Assembly (NCBI RefSeq): GCF_009914755.1
Contig: NC_060931.1
Reading direction: 5' to 3' (one strand)
Origin: the human T2T-CHM13v2.0 reference genome, Homo sapiens
Length of the DNA: 64,000 nt
This document shows, piece by piece, positions 1 through 12,470 of the stretch. Position numbers and translations under genes: made by a program. Numbering within the stretch: position 1 is the stretch's first letter; each line of letters starts with the position of its first letter. The notes beneath the pieces were generated by a model that was not told the origin of the DNA, ran no database searches, and was given only the letters and a program-made list of their open reading frames with translations.

Positions 1-900
1 CTGTTTTTAGGTTGAGAACTACCTGTGTATTCATCAAGTACTGAAGTTCCCAGTGTTCAAGAAATGCCCTATGCTATTAACAGAGAATTAACAGGTTTCT
101 CTAAAGAACAAAACTAAGCTTAGTATGGCCTGGTATTAATCCCTGTCTAGAAGTTTCACAATCAAAAGGGCAAAATGTGGAAAAGCAAAGATAAATAAGT
201 AAAATTGGAAAATACGCAAAGCCGTTAGAGATGTACCAGTGGCTCAGAAGTAGGTAATAATGAGAAATGCACCCAACCTCTGTGACTGTGAAACATGCCA
301 CCCAAGCTTTGGGTTTTTGAAATCTGTCTCTGGCACTTGAATCTCCTTGTCAGTGGCAAACTGGAGAGCTTTCCATACTTCTGTGCAAAGGAAAGCATAC
401 CCCAGAGCAAAAACAAAATAAAATGCTACTTAATATTCAATGTGGTGTCCTTTGAATTTAAAAGTTGTAGTGATACTATTATAGCAGAATTAACATTATT
501 GTCATATTAGCATTGGAACTTTCCCATTTATTTTTGGCTTGGTGAATTTGAAAGTGTTGTTTAACAGAAAAGATTTTAAAAGGTTAGATGCAATAGCATT
601 TATTTTGCACAGTTTGATGGATTGCCAGCAGCAGGGAAAACTACAACTCAGATCGTTTCAACAACTTTCTGTTCTTGGATTTTTCCTTTCTCACCAATTT
701 TTCTTTCAGAGCAATAATCATTTTACTGTATATGAAAGAGATACCTAAATATCAGGTATCTAGTTAGGTGCTAATGAACTCCTCCTGCCCATTTTTTAAT
801 TGTTTGCTTTATCATAGCTCTAAGTAGTCGTGCTAATCTTTTAGGGGGAGGGTTAAGGAAAGATTTTACTTAATTTTGGGATTTACTTTGTCTTTTACAG

Positions 901-921
901 AGCTTGATATGTGGCTTAACA
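901..921 (+). CDS. Candidate 21-nt internal microexon of an unidentified host gene (reads xLDMWLN or SLICGLT; could instead be UTR)
   Basis: Branch-like CTTAAT at 869-874, pyrimidine tract ending TTTTACAG at 900, then 21 nt, then donor ACA|GTAAGT at 921/922. Length is a multiple of 3 and two of three frames are open. Confidence 0.6.
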
Positions 922-1034
922 GTAAGTAGGATTATAGCAAGTTGTTATTTTAGAGAAAGTAAACGTTATCTCATTATATTCTTTTTTAACATAATGAGAA
1001 TCTTTATGGAAGAATTTGCGACAGCTCAAGAACA

Positions 1035-1249
1035 TTTTTTAAAATTTAATTTTAAGTTCCAGGATACATGGGCAGGGTGTGCAGAGTCGTTACATAGATA
1101 AACATGTACCATGGTGGTTTGCTGCACCGATTAACCCATCACCAAGTATTAAACCCCACATGCATTAGCTATTTATCCTGATGCTCTCTGTCCTTCCACA
1201 CCTCCCTGATAGGCCCCAGTGTGTGTTGTTCCCCTCCCTGTGTCCATGT
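1035..1249 (-). mobile_element. 5'-truncated primate L1PA 3' end
   Basis: Matches L1PA 3'UTR in antisense (gtttgctgcacc, cacatgcattagctattt, ccctgtgtccatgt). TSD AAGAACA at 1028-1034 and 1250-1256. Confidence 0.9.
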
Positions 1250-1380
1250 AAGAACAGTTCTTTTTAAAGGTTAGTACTTGGATTGTTTTATTGTTGTACT
1301 GTTTAAGCAGCTTTGTTGAGAAAGAGTAAATTAAAGCTTTTATCAATTTTTTTTTTTTTAACAGCAAATCTGTACTCTCC

Positions 1381-1663
1381 TTTTTTTTTTTTTTGGTGGC
1401 CCAGGCTGGAGTGCAGTGGCGTGATCTTGTCTCACTGCAACATTTGCCTCCTGGGTTCAAGTGATTCTCCTGCCTGAGCCTCCTGAGTAGCTGGGACTGC
1501 AAGTGTGTGCCACCACGCCCAGCTAATTTTTGTAATTTTAATAGAGACAGGGTTTCACCATGTTGGCCAAGCTGGTCTTGAATTCCTGATCTCCAGTGAC
1601 CCGCCTGCCCTCCTCGGCCTCCCAAAGTGCTGGGATTACAGGTGCAAGCCACCGAGCCTGGCC
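1381..1663 (-). mobile_element. AluS
   Basis: Poly-T followed by a full dimeric antisense Alu; TSD tgtactctc/tgcactctc. Confidence 0.95.
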
Positions 1664-2175
1664 TGCACTCTCACTTCTAGTTATCAATGTTAAATTTATC
1701 ATTTGTCACTAAATAATTATGATATTCATAATTACCAAAGCCTTTTAAAACTGCATTTTTATAATTTTTGCTACTTGCTGATAGAAGACCTTTTGACTTA
1801 AATATCTAAGTTTTAGATTGACATTAGTTTTGATATATAAGGTTTAGTTTTCAGTATTGAGCTGCTATCTGTAAACTAATTATATTTTGAAGTGAAATTA
1901 GTGGAGAATGGACATTTTCTACATTGCGTGAGCGTCTACAGCTAGAGAGTATCTCTAGGCAGTGAGGTAGCTTTCTGTTGGCTCTTAGATGGGATCACAT
2001 TCTTTGGGCTTGACAGTGGATGTTATGTCAAAAGTCATAACTCCTCTGATTTAGAGATGACATTTAGAGTACTGTAGGTTTATGAGAACCTGCTCTTAAC
2101 CTTAAATAACAGAGCTGCTGCCAGGGCTGCTGCCTTCCTTCCTGGTTTTTGGGTGCTTGAGACTCTTGGAAAGTG

Positions 2176-2260
2176 GGCCAGATGCAGTGGCTCCTATCTG
2201 TAATCCCAGCACTTCTGGAGGCTTAGGCGGGCATATAGCTTCAGTCCAGGAGTTGTGAGA
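2176..2260 (+). mobile_element. 3'-truncated Alu left-arm fragment
   Basis: ggccagatgcagtggctcctatctgtaatcccagcac...; no poly-A tail. Confidence 0.8.
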
Positions 2261-2319
2261 TTCTTGGAAATGTAAAGCATAGTTGATGAGAGGGGGAATT
2301 AAATAGCAGACCGGATGGT

Positions 2320-2760
2320 TCTCAAAATAAAATAGGAAATTAGAAGATATGAGGCCTTAATAACAACAACAGCAAAAATGAGATGTATCTATCTATAATG
2401 AGATTTCTGAATGTCATAATACAGAGACAATTCTGTATCCAATTAGAATAAAACTTGTTACCTTCAAGTGGAATGAATCAAATGCAATAATTCTATACCC
2501 AGCCAAACTACTCTTACATAGGTGGTCAGAAGATCAATATTTAAAAACCTGCTATTATTCTAACTTTGAATCCTTTCAGGAAAAAAAAAATTTAGAAAAT
2601 ACTTAAGGCATTGGTGAAGTCAAGAGTGAAAACCTCATAGGAAAGAATATGTGGCTTATATGCAACCGATTAACTTGAGTCAAATCTAAATAAATGTTAG
2701 TAGGTTGTGAAGCTAAGTGGATTCATTGACATGAAAAATACTATAGAATATAACCAACTT
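2320..2760 (+). mobile_element. Ancient L1/HAL1 ORF1-region remnant
   Basis: A-rich, contains attctatacccagccaaacta (ILYPAKL motif of L1 ORF1 C-terminus); highly decayed. Confidence 0.45.
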
Positions 2761-2799
2761 TTCTTAATACTGGAAGTCCTTTTGAAAAATCAAATTATT

Positions 2800-2930
2800 G
2801 CTGGGTGTGGTGGCTCATGCCTGTAACCCTAGTAACTTGGGAGGCTGAGGGAGGAGGATTGCTTGAGCTCAGAAGTTCGAGACCAGCCTGGGCAACATAG
2901 CAAGACCCCATCACACACACCCAGAAAACA
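2800..2930 (+). mobile_element. FLAM / free left Alu monomer
   Basis: Single Alu arm with a degenerate CA/A tail; TSD TCAAATTATT on both sides. Confidence 0.85.
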
Positions 2931-4206
2931 TCAAATTATTTCTTTCTGTAGCTCTGAGTTTATATGCATATCTAATGAAATGATTGAAAACCCTACTCTG
3001 GCAACACAGGAGTTGGGCTGGCGATAAAAGGTGGGGGAAAAGCAGGAGTACTTAGGATGTGGGAGAGGAAATGATACAAATATGATAGACTGTTAATTCC
3101 TGGGAAAAATACCAGAAACAGCTGATCTGATTTTCAGAAGTAATCATAAAAATAGATAGCATTTATTGAATGTTGCAAGGCCTTTGCTAAGTACTTAATA
3201 TTGTTACCTCATTTTACCCTGTATATCAGAGATATTAATGAGCTGGCTAATTTATATACCTGTAGAATGTGTAATGAACACTCATTAGCATTATAGATAT
3301 GTTAGTTTTAAAGTGTATCTGTGTCCTTTTAAAATATTTCCTTTTAACTCTTAAATTGAAAAGTCTAGGGAATAATCCTAATCAAGAAGGAGTTGCAGGA
3401 AACTATTGTAAATCCAGGTTGTAAAGAGAAAATAAATTGGTTGGTGAGAACTGTCACCTTTTCCATAAGATAATTTAAGCACAAATGATTACAACAATTT
3501 ACGTTTTTTATTGTGGCCAATATAGTTGACTTGGTTTAAATCAGACAGGAGAAAAGAGGAAAATTTTTATTGATTAACCAGGCCCTGAATTTTCTGTCTT
3601 AGGAGGAGGAAATTATGTAGTTAAATTGTATGATTCCTGTCAAAAGAACAATGAACTTTTGAGCAGATTGGCTGAGCAGAGAGAATACAAAGCAGGGCTA
3701 ATGATTGTCTTCATCAAAGAGAACTTCTTGGGATAAGCAGATTTCTATGCTTTTATAAGATAGATTTTTTTGGGGGCAGTGAGAATATAAAAACAAATTC
3801 GGGAATGAGAGGTTAATCGATAAAGAACCTGAGTTGTGTTTTAGTCATGGAAACAGTGGCTTTTTTTTTTTTCAGTTTTGTTTTTGATAAAAAGTATCCT
3901 AAATATAAAGGAGGTATATTTCCAGGTAGGACTGTGCTATGTAACTCAGTAGTCTCTAAACTGATTTTAGTTTTGCTTTTGATATCTGAATGGATTAGGA
4001 AAATTCCTTCCAAGAAACCAGAGACCAGAAGATCAGACAAATACCATATCAGTTTCTCTGCTTTGAAAATTATAATTCAACCTTGTAAAATTTTTCTAAC
4101 GTTGTGTTCTCTGTAAATAACACAGAGTAAAAATAAGTCAAACCATTTGTTTTTTCCTCTAAATGTTCTGAACATTAAACAAATGGTTCTTGGCAAACAC
4201 ATACTA

Positions 4207-4499
<293 letters not shown>

Positions 4500-4903
4500 A
4501 TACTAATTTAATTTTAGGAATGTTGTATTATAGTTCATTTTGAACAAATTGTAAGAAGATTATTTTGTGCCCATATGTGTGATAATCAGAATAGCTTGAT
4601 GTAGATATTTGGTATCTTTTTAGAATAATTATGTTTAGATAAATCTTTTCTGTGGAAACATATTCCTAAACATTTAAGCCTAGTTATACCACCCTCAAAT
4701 ATAAGAAGTTTATGAACTTTGTGGGCTGATTCAGGAAATCTTTTCACACTGATAAAAACAGGAGACTTTAATATTATTTTGGGAAGAAAAATGAGAAATT
4801 TGAAGATATGTCTCTTATGAATCTTGCTGCATCAGTTTGTTTTCTGCTGATAGTCTGGTTGATGCACAATTTAGTTTTCAAAGAATTTCTCTTCAAAAAT
4901 ACC

Positions 4904-5194
4904 GGCTAGGCACAGTGTTCACACCGGTAATCCCAGCACTTTGGGAGGCAGAGGTAGGAGGATCGCTTGAGGCCGGGAGTTCGAGACCAGCCTGAACAAT
5001 GTAAGGAGACTCTATCTCTACAAAAAATAAAAAAACTAGCCAGGCATGGTGGCGTGCACCTGTAGTCCTAGCTACTTGGGAGACTGAGGCATGAGGATCC
5101 CTTGAGCCCAGGAAGTCAAGGCTGCAGTGAGCTATGATAGCACTACTGCACTCCAGCCTTGGTGACAGAGCAAGACCCTGTCTCAAAAAACAAA
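4904..5194 (+). mobile_element. AluJ
   Basis: Full Alu with J-type features (cttgagcccaggaagtcaaggctgcagtgagctatgat). Confidence 0.92.
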
Positions 5195-6679
5195 TATTTT
5201 TCATCCTTGGAAAAATAAAACCTAAAATAAGAAGAGCAGCACAATATTTTTCTTTTTTTTGAAGTAGCAGGGCTGACCAAAGCCATTTCTAGCCAAATAA
5301 ATTATTTATTAATCAATATCGTTACCACATTCTCTATGTGGAAAAAGTATTCAAATCTTGAGGCCTATGTTTTTTCAAACTTGAGAGTCATACAGTTGCC
5401 AGCTTTTTTTTTTTTTTTAAGTAGTAGACAAATTGTAAGAACTACAAAACTAAAAATTACCTTCTGTTTTTCTTCCCCATAAGCTGCTGTTGAAGTGAAG
5501 TGAGCTCAGGGAGACAGGCCTGTTGTTATCTTCCTATGGCACTGATTTACACTTTTACAGAAGGGAAATTTATGGCCCTTATCTGTTGAGGACTTTTATG
5601 AATGACTGGTATAAATCAAGAATTGAATGAATATTTTTCCCTTTAAGCATAAATCTGTGATTGGGAGATTGATTTCTGAGTAACTCTTTGGTAACCCATT
5701 TAAATTGTCATCTTCCAATTTTCTGTATTTTGGCATAAACTGAATAACTAAAATATAACTTAATACCAGCATGATAGATTTGTTTTTCTTCTGTTAGATA
5801 CTTTAGAATTCATCTAGACTTCTCACAGACCTCGATAAATAACTCAGCAGTCAGAATGGAAAACAAATTTATATAGTGGAAATCTCATTAATGGGAATGA
5901 ACAATACAACTGTATTCAAGGTTTAGGCAGGAGAAGGAAAATGATAGAAATGTATTTGTTTAATTTTAAAGATTCTTATGATAAAATGATCATTAATTAG
6001 GGAAGATAAGTAGAAAAAGACAGTCCTTTCTGGGACATTTGAAGACTAACAGCCTTTTATTGAAAGTCCTGGAAAAGTATGTGTAAAAAGCCAGCCATGA
6101 TGATCTTTTACCTACACTTCCTTAGGAGACTTTCCCTCAGCAAGATGTGTCTTTCTAAAAACAAAAGATAAGAGACAATAGGAGCCCACATAGGATGGAA
6201 AGCTAGAAATCAGGTGGGTTAAAAATAATTTCATCTACACTATCTTCCCCTTCTCAAAAGATTTTTAATCTGTAAATGGCAACTTATACATGGAAGGATT
6301 ATAAAATACATAAAATTACTTTTTATTTGTCTTCTCAGATATATGGCGTGTTCTTTATCTTCCCCTTGTTCCAAGTAATTTTGTTAAGCAGTAAACAACG
6401 TGGAAGACAGGTTGGTCAGGAGATAAGCAGTTGATTCCGTGTTTTTTGAAGAGAACTTTTATGATAGTAGGAAGAGGAGGGCAGTGCTGGTCCTGTAGTG
6501 CAGTCGTGTAGTACTGTTTGCTGTGGGACAAGAGGAAGGAACAGACTGGCAGGAAGGGACTGCAGCATGGAAGGGTGCTAAGTGCGTCACTGAGTGATAA
6601 GGGTGCTAAGTGCAGGAAGGCCCACTGGATGGGCAGGGTGAGAGTGGGTTCAGGTTGTAGGTGTGGAGTTGGACAGGCT

Positions 6680-6880
6680 GGCCTTGTTCTAGCAGCACCA
6701 TTTACTAGCTGTGCCACCCTAGGCAAGTCACCTTCTCTGCTCCTCATTTCCCTTCTCTCTAAATGGTGATAATAAGAGAAGCTACCCTCTGAAGTTGTTA
6801 GGATTAACTGAGCTGATACATAGATGTAAAACCCATAGGACAGTACCTAGCACGTTGCATCCAACAAGTGTCAGCAAAAT
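6680..6880 (+). mobile_element. MIR
   Basis: MIR core ttactagctgtgccaccctaggcaagtcac followed by a MIR-like 3' region. Confidence 0.75.
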
Positions 6881-6929
6881 ATTAGCCTAGCCAGTCACCT
6901 GTGGCCATTATCAACATCTGTCTCCAGTT

Positions 6930-7309
6930 AGTCACCACCTTTGGTCAATTCTGCATTTGAATATTTCTTAAAGATGATTTATCTTCTCTGCCCTCATGGC
7001 CATAGCCTTAGTGTAGAGACTTTTTAACTCTCAAATAAATTAATTCCGTTTATTCTTTTAGTCAAATTTTACTAAAATCCATTGTGCAGAAAATGACCTG
7101 TTAATTTTCTAAAATGCAGATCTTGCCCTGCCACTCTGCTTAAATCCCTGTCATGGTTTTCTGTCATCCTTAAGGAATTTATAATTAACTTTCAGCATTA
7201 AAGGCATGCAGAGTTCTTCAAAAGTTAGCTCTTGCTTGCCTTCCAACCTCATCTCTCATCAGATACTTTATGAACATCATATATTCTAATTCTTACTATA
7301 CCTTTCCAA
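6930..7309 (+). mobile_element. L2 fragment
   Basis: L2 3'-region-like motifs (ttttctaaaatgcagatct...ctctgcttaaatccc). Confidence 0.55.
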
Positions 7310-7537
7310 AAGGCAGTCCTCATTTTGCACAGTGATGCAGGACTGTAACAGTGATGGTTCAAGCTGAACTACACACAACAATCTTAATAACAGTGGGAGC
7401 AACTCCAGTATTCCCATGACCTTTGAATGTTTTTGTTAAAACATTAAAAATTCTCTGTCAGTTATAAATATGTATGGAAATGAAAAAGTAAAACTGGTAT
7501 TGATGTAGTATACTGTAATGTAAAACATTAGATGAAA

Positions 7538-7825
<288 letters not shown>

Positions 7826-8112
7826 TCAGAAGAATTGAGAATTAAAAACTTATCAGGAGTAGTTTGAACAGTGCTTGTCTTCTTCATCTTGTCATACGAT
7901 ATAAGATGGGCCTAGCATCTTTTCTATGACTTGGTGAATTTCCATACTCCTTTCTAAGTTTGGATCAGTTTCCCGTATTTCATCCTTTGTGCTTTCAGTG
8001 AGTTTCATTAATGTGAAGTTTTTTTGCTGGCATCACTTCCTCTGGGACGTCTTTATTCTTTTGCTAATTTATGTGAAGCTGCCTTCACCAAGCTCCTGTG
8101 GCTGCACATCAT

Positions 8113-8210
8113 TGTCTCTTAGATATCGTTAGTGTCTCTTAGATGTCGTTAGTGTCTCTTAGATGTCGTTAGTGTCTCTTAGATGTCGTTAGTGTCTCTT
8201 AGATGTCATT
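8113..8210. repeat. 20-bp minisatellite, about 4.9 copies of TGTCTCTTAGATGTCGTTAG
   Basis: Units start at 8113, 8133, 8153, 8173 and 8193; the middle three are identical. Confidence 0.97.
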
Positions 8211-9859
8211 CCCATAGTCAGCTATTTCTTCTCTAAACGTCGTTTATGTTTGATTCAGATTTCACTTTGAGTTTACCAGTGTTTCAGTGCTGTACTTTCA
8301 TCTTTGCTGCCCAATTCCCTCTTTGGATTACCCATTTTTGTAAAATGTCAAGTGGGTTAATCACTGTGAGACATGGTGGCAGCACAACTATATGCTTTTC
8401 TGTCTGTGTACCAACTCAGATGCACAGTGACCAATCACTGACAGGCTTTGAAAGAAGTGACGTGATTGGTCATGGATCATGATACAGATCTGTTATTTAC
8501 TCAGTGATTGGTGCACTGAATAGCTAGTGGTGAAGTTTCTTTTATGTAATTATTATTGATTAATTTATCATAGTAACTGACATTTGAGTCTTATTATTGG
8601 CAGAATGATGTTAATTAAACTGTGGTAACTGAAATTTATGCATCTCAGAACTGTGCAAAGCAAGGACTGCGAGTATGTTATAACCATTTCACAAAGTCTT
8701 AAAGGTTAAATGGCTACATACAGCACATGGCCAAAAAGTGGCAGAATTACATTAACATAACTTTTCAAATATCTTTGATATTTATATTATAAGGAGGCAC
8801 AATCTGTCTCTTAATGCTTCTGTCAAATTAAATACTCATGGAGTTCAAATACAAATGGATTGTCTTCAGAAAAAAATTATTAGCATGTGTATTTAGGTCC
8901 ATAGCCCTATAGGAACTCTGTCTGTGCTTAGCTTGGGCTGACCATGTAAGACTGCCAAGATTTGCATAAAAATCCAATTATTGTAAAGAGCTACTCAAAG
9001 CTAGCAACATACCTGACCTTATCTGAGGTTATTTTTTGGAATGAATCAAGAGTCCCCAGCCTTGGAGTGATGAAAAGACCATCATTTTTATTTGTTTTAT
9101 TCTGGAACAAATAAAAAATCCCTGGAAAGGAAAGGAACATCCCGTAGTCAAGTGGAGAAAACTGGTCTAAATAGTTAGCAGTGGAGATATTGAGATACTC
9201 TGCTTAGGATGAGAGATCAGCAGCAGTGGGTAGGGATGTTAATGACTGGACCTTAAGCTTCAGGGATTCAGAAATAAGTTCAGTTAGTTCTCTTAGGAAT
9301 AAGTTAAATAGTGTCTGCTCAATTCATCTGGCCGGCTGGTAGTCAGAGTCCACAGTAAGTAGTCAAATTTGAAAGTTGTAAGATACAATCCAGCTTCTGC
9401 AATAATGAGAAGGCTCAGTTTGGAGCATCTAAAATTGTTCAGGGTACAAGAGAACTGAGATACACAGATGGACTAAAATAATACTCAGTTGTGGATAGAT
9501 GAAGGCTGAGAAAAAATATGATAAAAAAAGGGCTTTTTTTAAGTGCCTCTAAAATGCCAGGTCTTCTAGATTACTTTTACTTATTTGTAATGTAATTCTT
9601 ATAAACATCTTGTTAGCAGGTGTTATAGTTGTTATTTAGAACTTTTCTGAGATTATAGAGCTAGTAAGTAATAGAGTTGGGTTTTTTGTTGTTTTTAATC
9701 CAGGCCCTTTTAAATATATAACTCCTAAATGAAAGATACCAGACCCAAACATTATGAAAAGAAGGATATTTGGGGAGTGCATCTCTCATTTTTGATCTTG
9801 CATGTTGTGTTGTATGGACCTTGGAATGTAATTTTCTGTAGAAATATTTGAAAATGTAA

Positions 9860-10173
<314 letters not shown>

Positions 10174-10596
10174 ACAGATATAGAGACACATATGGAGACA
10201 CATAGAGATGTGCATGTAAAATAGGCCCAAAAGCCTATCCGTATGTGTCTCTCTATCTGTATATACATTTCTTTCTGTGCTATTTAAAATACATGCAGTC
10301 ACTGTGTGACATATTACATTTCAAGTGCCAACTTGGGAATGGTGGAACTCTGCCTCTCACCTTGAGGACAGCCCTTCTTTGCAGCACAGTCAATGACTAG
10401 GAGGACAGTAGGCCTGTGTTTACATCTGTGCAAGAATGGCATCTGCCTTCATCTCCGCATGCTCCTAGAGAAGGAGCCGTTTCAGCGAGTCACTTCTCAG
10501 GTATTCTAAATTTGGTAATAAAAGGACTTGATGCACTCCAGGTGCAGTTTCTCTGACCATATCAATGTTCTTAATTTTTTTTTGAGGGGAGGGGAC

Positions 10597-11010
10597 TGTG
10601 TCCTAATTAGTAATTAAGGTTATTTTGATAGCAAGTGTTAGAAAAATGCTAATTCCAAGACTACAAGGGTATTTCACATTCTGAAATCCAGGTATCCTAA
10701 GGGACCATGGACTGGAACTCCACTAGATACTACTCAGAAGCTTCGTCCGCCTCATCTGTCTCTACTTTTACCTCTCTGACCTAGAGGTCACTTGAAACAA
10801 GCTTCCTCCTGCTCGTCAGCTTCATTCCTCTCTTTCTGATGACTGTCTTTCTCTAGCCATCTGAGCCTCCTGTCCTATGTGACAGTCTCAGCTCATGACT
10901 TTCCATCCCCTCAGTTTCAAGAGTGTGTCTGAGACCTGATTCCAGAATCCCAAAAGGCAGAATGACATTGACTGACCCAACTGGAGTTCGTTAGGTATCC
11001 GTGGCTTGTT
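10597..11010 (-). mobile_element. Old MaLR LTR (MLT1-type) remnant
   Basis: ttattttgatagcaagtgttagaaaa and ttccagaatcccaaaaggcagaatgacattgactgaccc resemble antisense MLT1 motifs. Confidence 0.45.
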
Positions 11011-11186
11011 AGGAATCTATCTCTAGTAGGAATGTCTGCTGCCCTGGGGGCCGAATCCTGCCTGTGCATGACCTGCTAGGGCCCATGCCTCCGGTGGATG
11101 GAATGAAGCAAGGATGGGGGCTGCCTGCAGAGCTGTGTCACTCACTTGTATTCAGCTTTCCTGCCTCTGGCTCTCTGTCTTTTACC

Positions 11187-11490
<304 letters not shown>

Positions 11491-11944
11491 TTTTATCACT
11501 TTTAAACTAAGAAAACAATGATTACCATACATGCTCTGCTTCCAAACTATACTTTCACATCCAAAGTACCCCCAGATCATAAAGTGCCACCAAAGAGCTG
11601 TGATATGAAGAAAGACCCCGGGTAGAATCACTCTGAAAATGTGGGAGGTTTTTTTTTTTTTTTTTTTTTTTTAAAGCAAATTCATTTTACTTAGCCAGAA
11701 TCCTAATAGCCTGCTGATTTTTGTAGATGATTACTCTGAAAACATATGCATTGGTGTGGTCTATGAGTAAGGCTCTGCCTTTTAAGTCACATTCTTTGCT
11801 GCTTCATTGCAATGAAAAATACCAAAGGTGAATACCAAATCAATTTTTTTTAGTATTGTACTTGTAAAGACAGTCCATGAAGTGGTGAGTGGGAGAATCT
11901 AACTTTTGTGGTAATCTTTTATTGTAATCTACTTTCAGCTCAGA

Positions 11945-12090
11945 GAAGCAGCATAGCCTGGTGGACTAAGGGAGGATGGGGAGTTTGGAGCTCTGAGATA
12001 TGAACTGTTTTGCAATGACTAGTTTTGTGACCTTGAGAAAGGACCTTAACCTCTGTCTATGTCTTCATATGTAAAATGGGATCTACCTGA
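11945..12090 (+). mobile_element. MIR
   Basis: gactagttttgtgaccttgag...ttaacctctg...tgtaaaatggg MIR core. Confidence 0.7.
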
Positions 12091-12405
12091 TAGAAACATA
12101 GGTGCATTCATATGTGAGCAAACTGAATAATTAGATCTCACATAAATCAGGAGTGATTTTTTTTTTTAAATGGCTGAAGCCTGCGGTTTATAAAAAGATT
12201 CTCCCTAGAATTCCTTTAAGACCTAACCTTTTCTCAGGGGTGTTTAAACTGTGATTAACAAATGTTAAATTATACATCCCAGTTTACAAAATATACCCGT
12301 TGAATAGAGTGAGACTAACATGACTTTTTGTCTCATAAAATTATGACAATAACTCAGTCAGTCTGTGTGAAATACTTTGTAAACAGAGCTTTGCAGGCTG
12401 CAGTA

Positions 12406-12470
12406 AAAAAAAAAATATATATATATGTATTTTATATTTAAAAAATATATATTTTTATATATATATATAT
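12406..12470. repeat. Compound A/(TA)n simple repeat
   Basis: A-run followed by interrupted TA repeats. Confidence 0.9.

Noticed and set aside
710-755. Exon-like segment TTTCAG|...CAG|GTATCT
   Set aside because: Weak donor and no other support; the 901-921 exon has far better signals.
1173-1652. 159-aa ORF and the other Alu-overlapping ORFs (e.g. 4893-5204, 54329-54799, 59360-59659)
   Set aside because: Translations are typical Alu-derived peptides ([28 protein letters not shown]), not genes.
8113-8210. CRISPR-like periodic array
   Set aside because: Head-to-tail identical units, no unique spacers, no cas genes, eukaryotic context.
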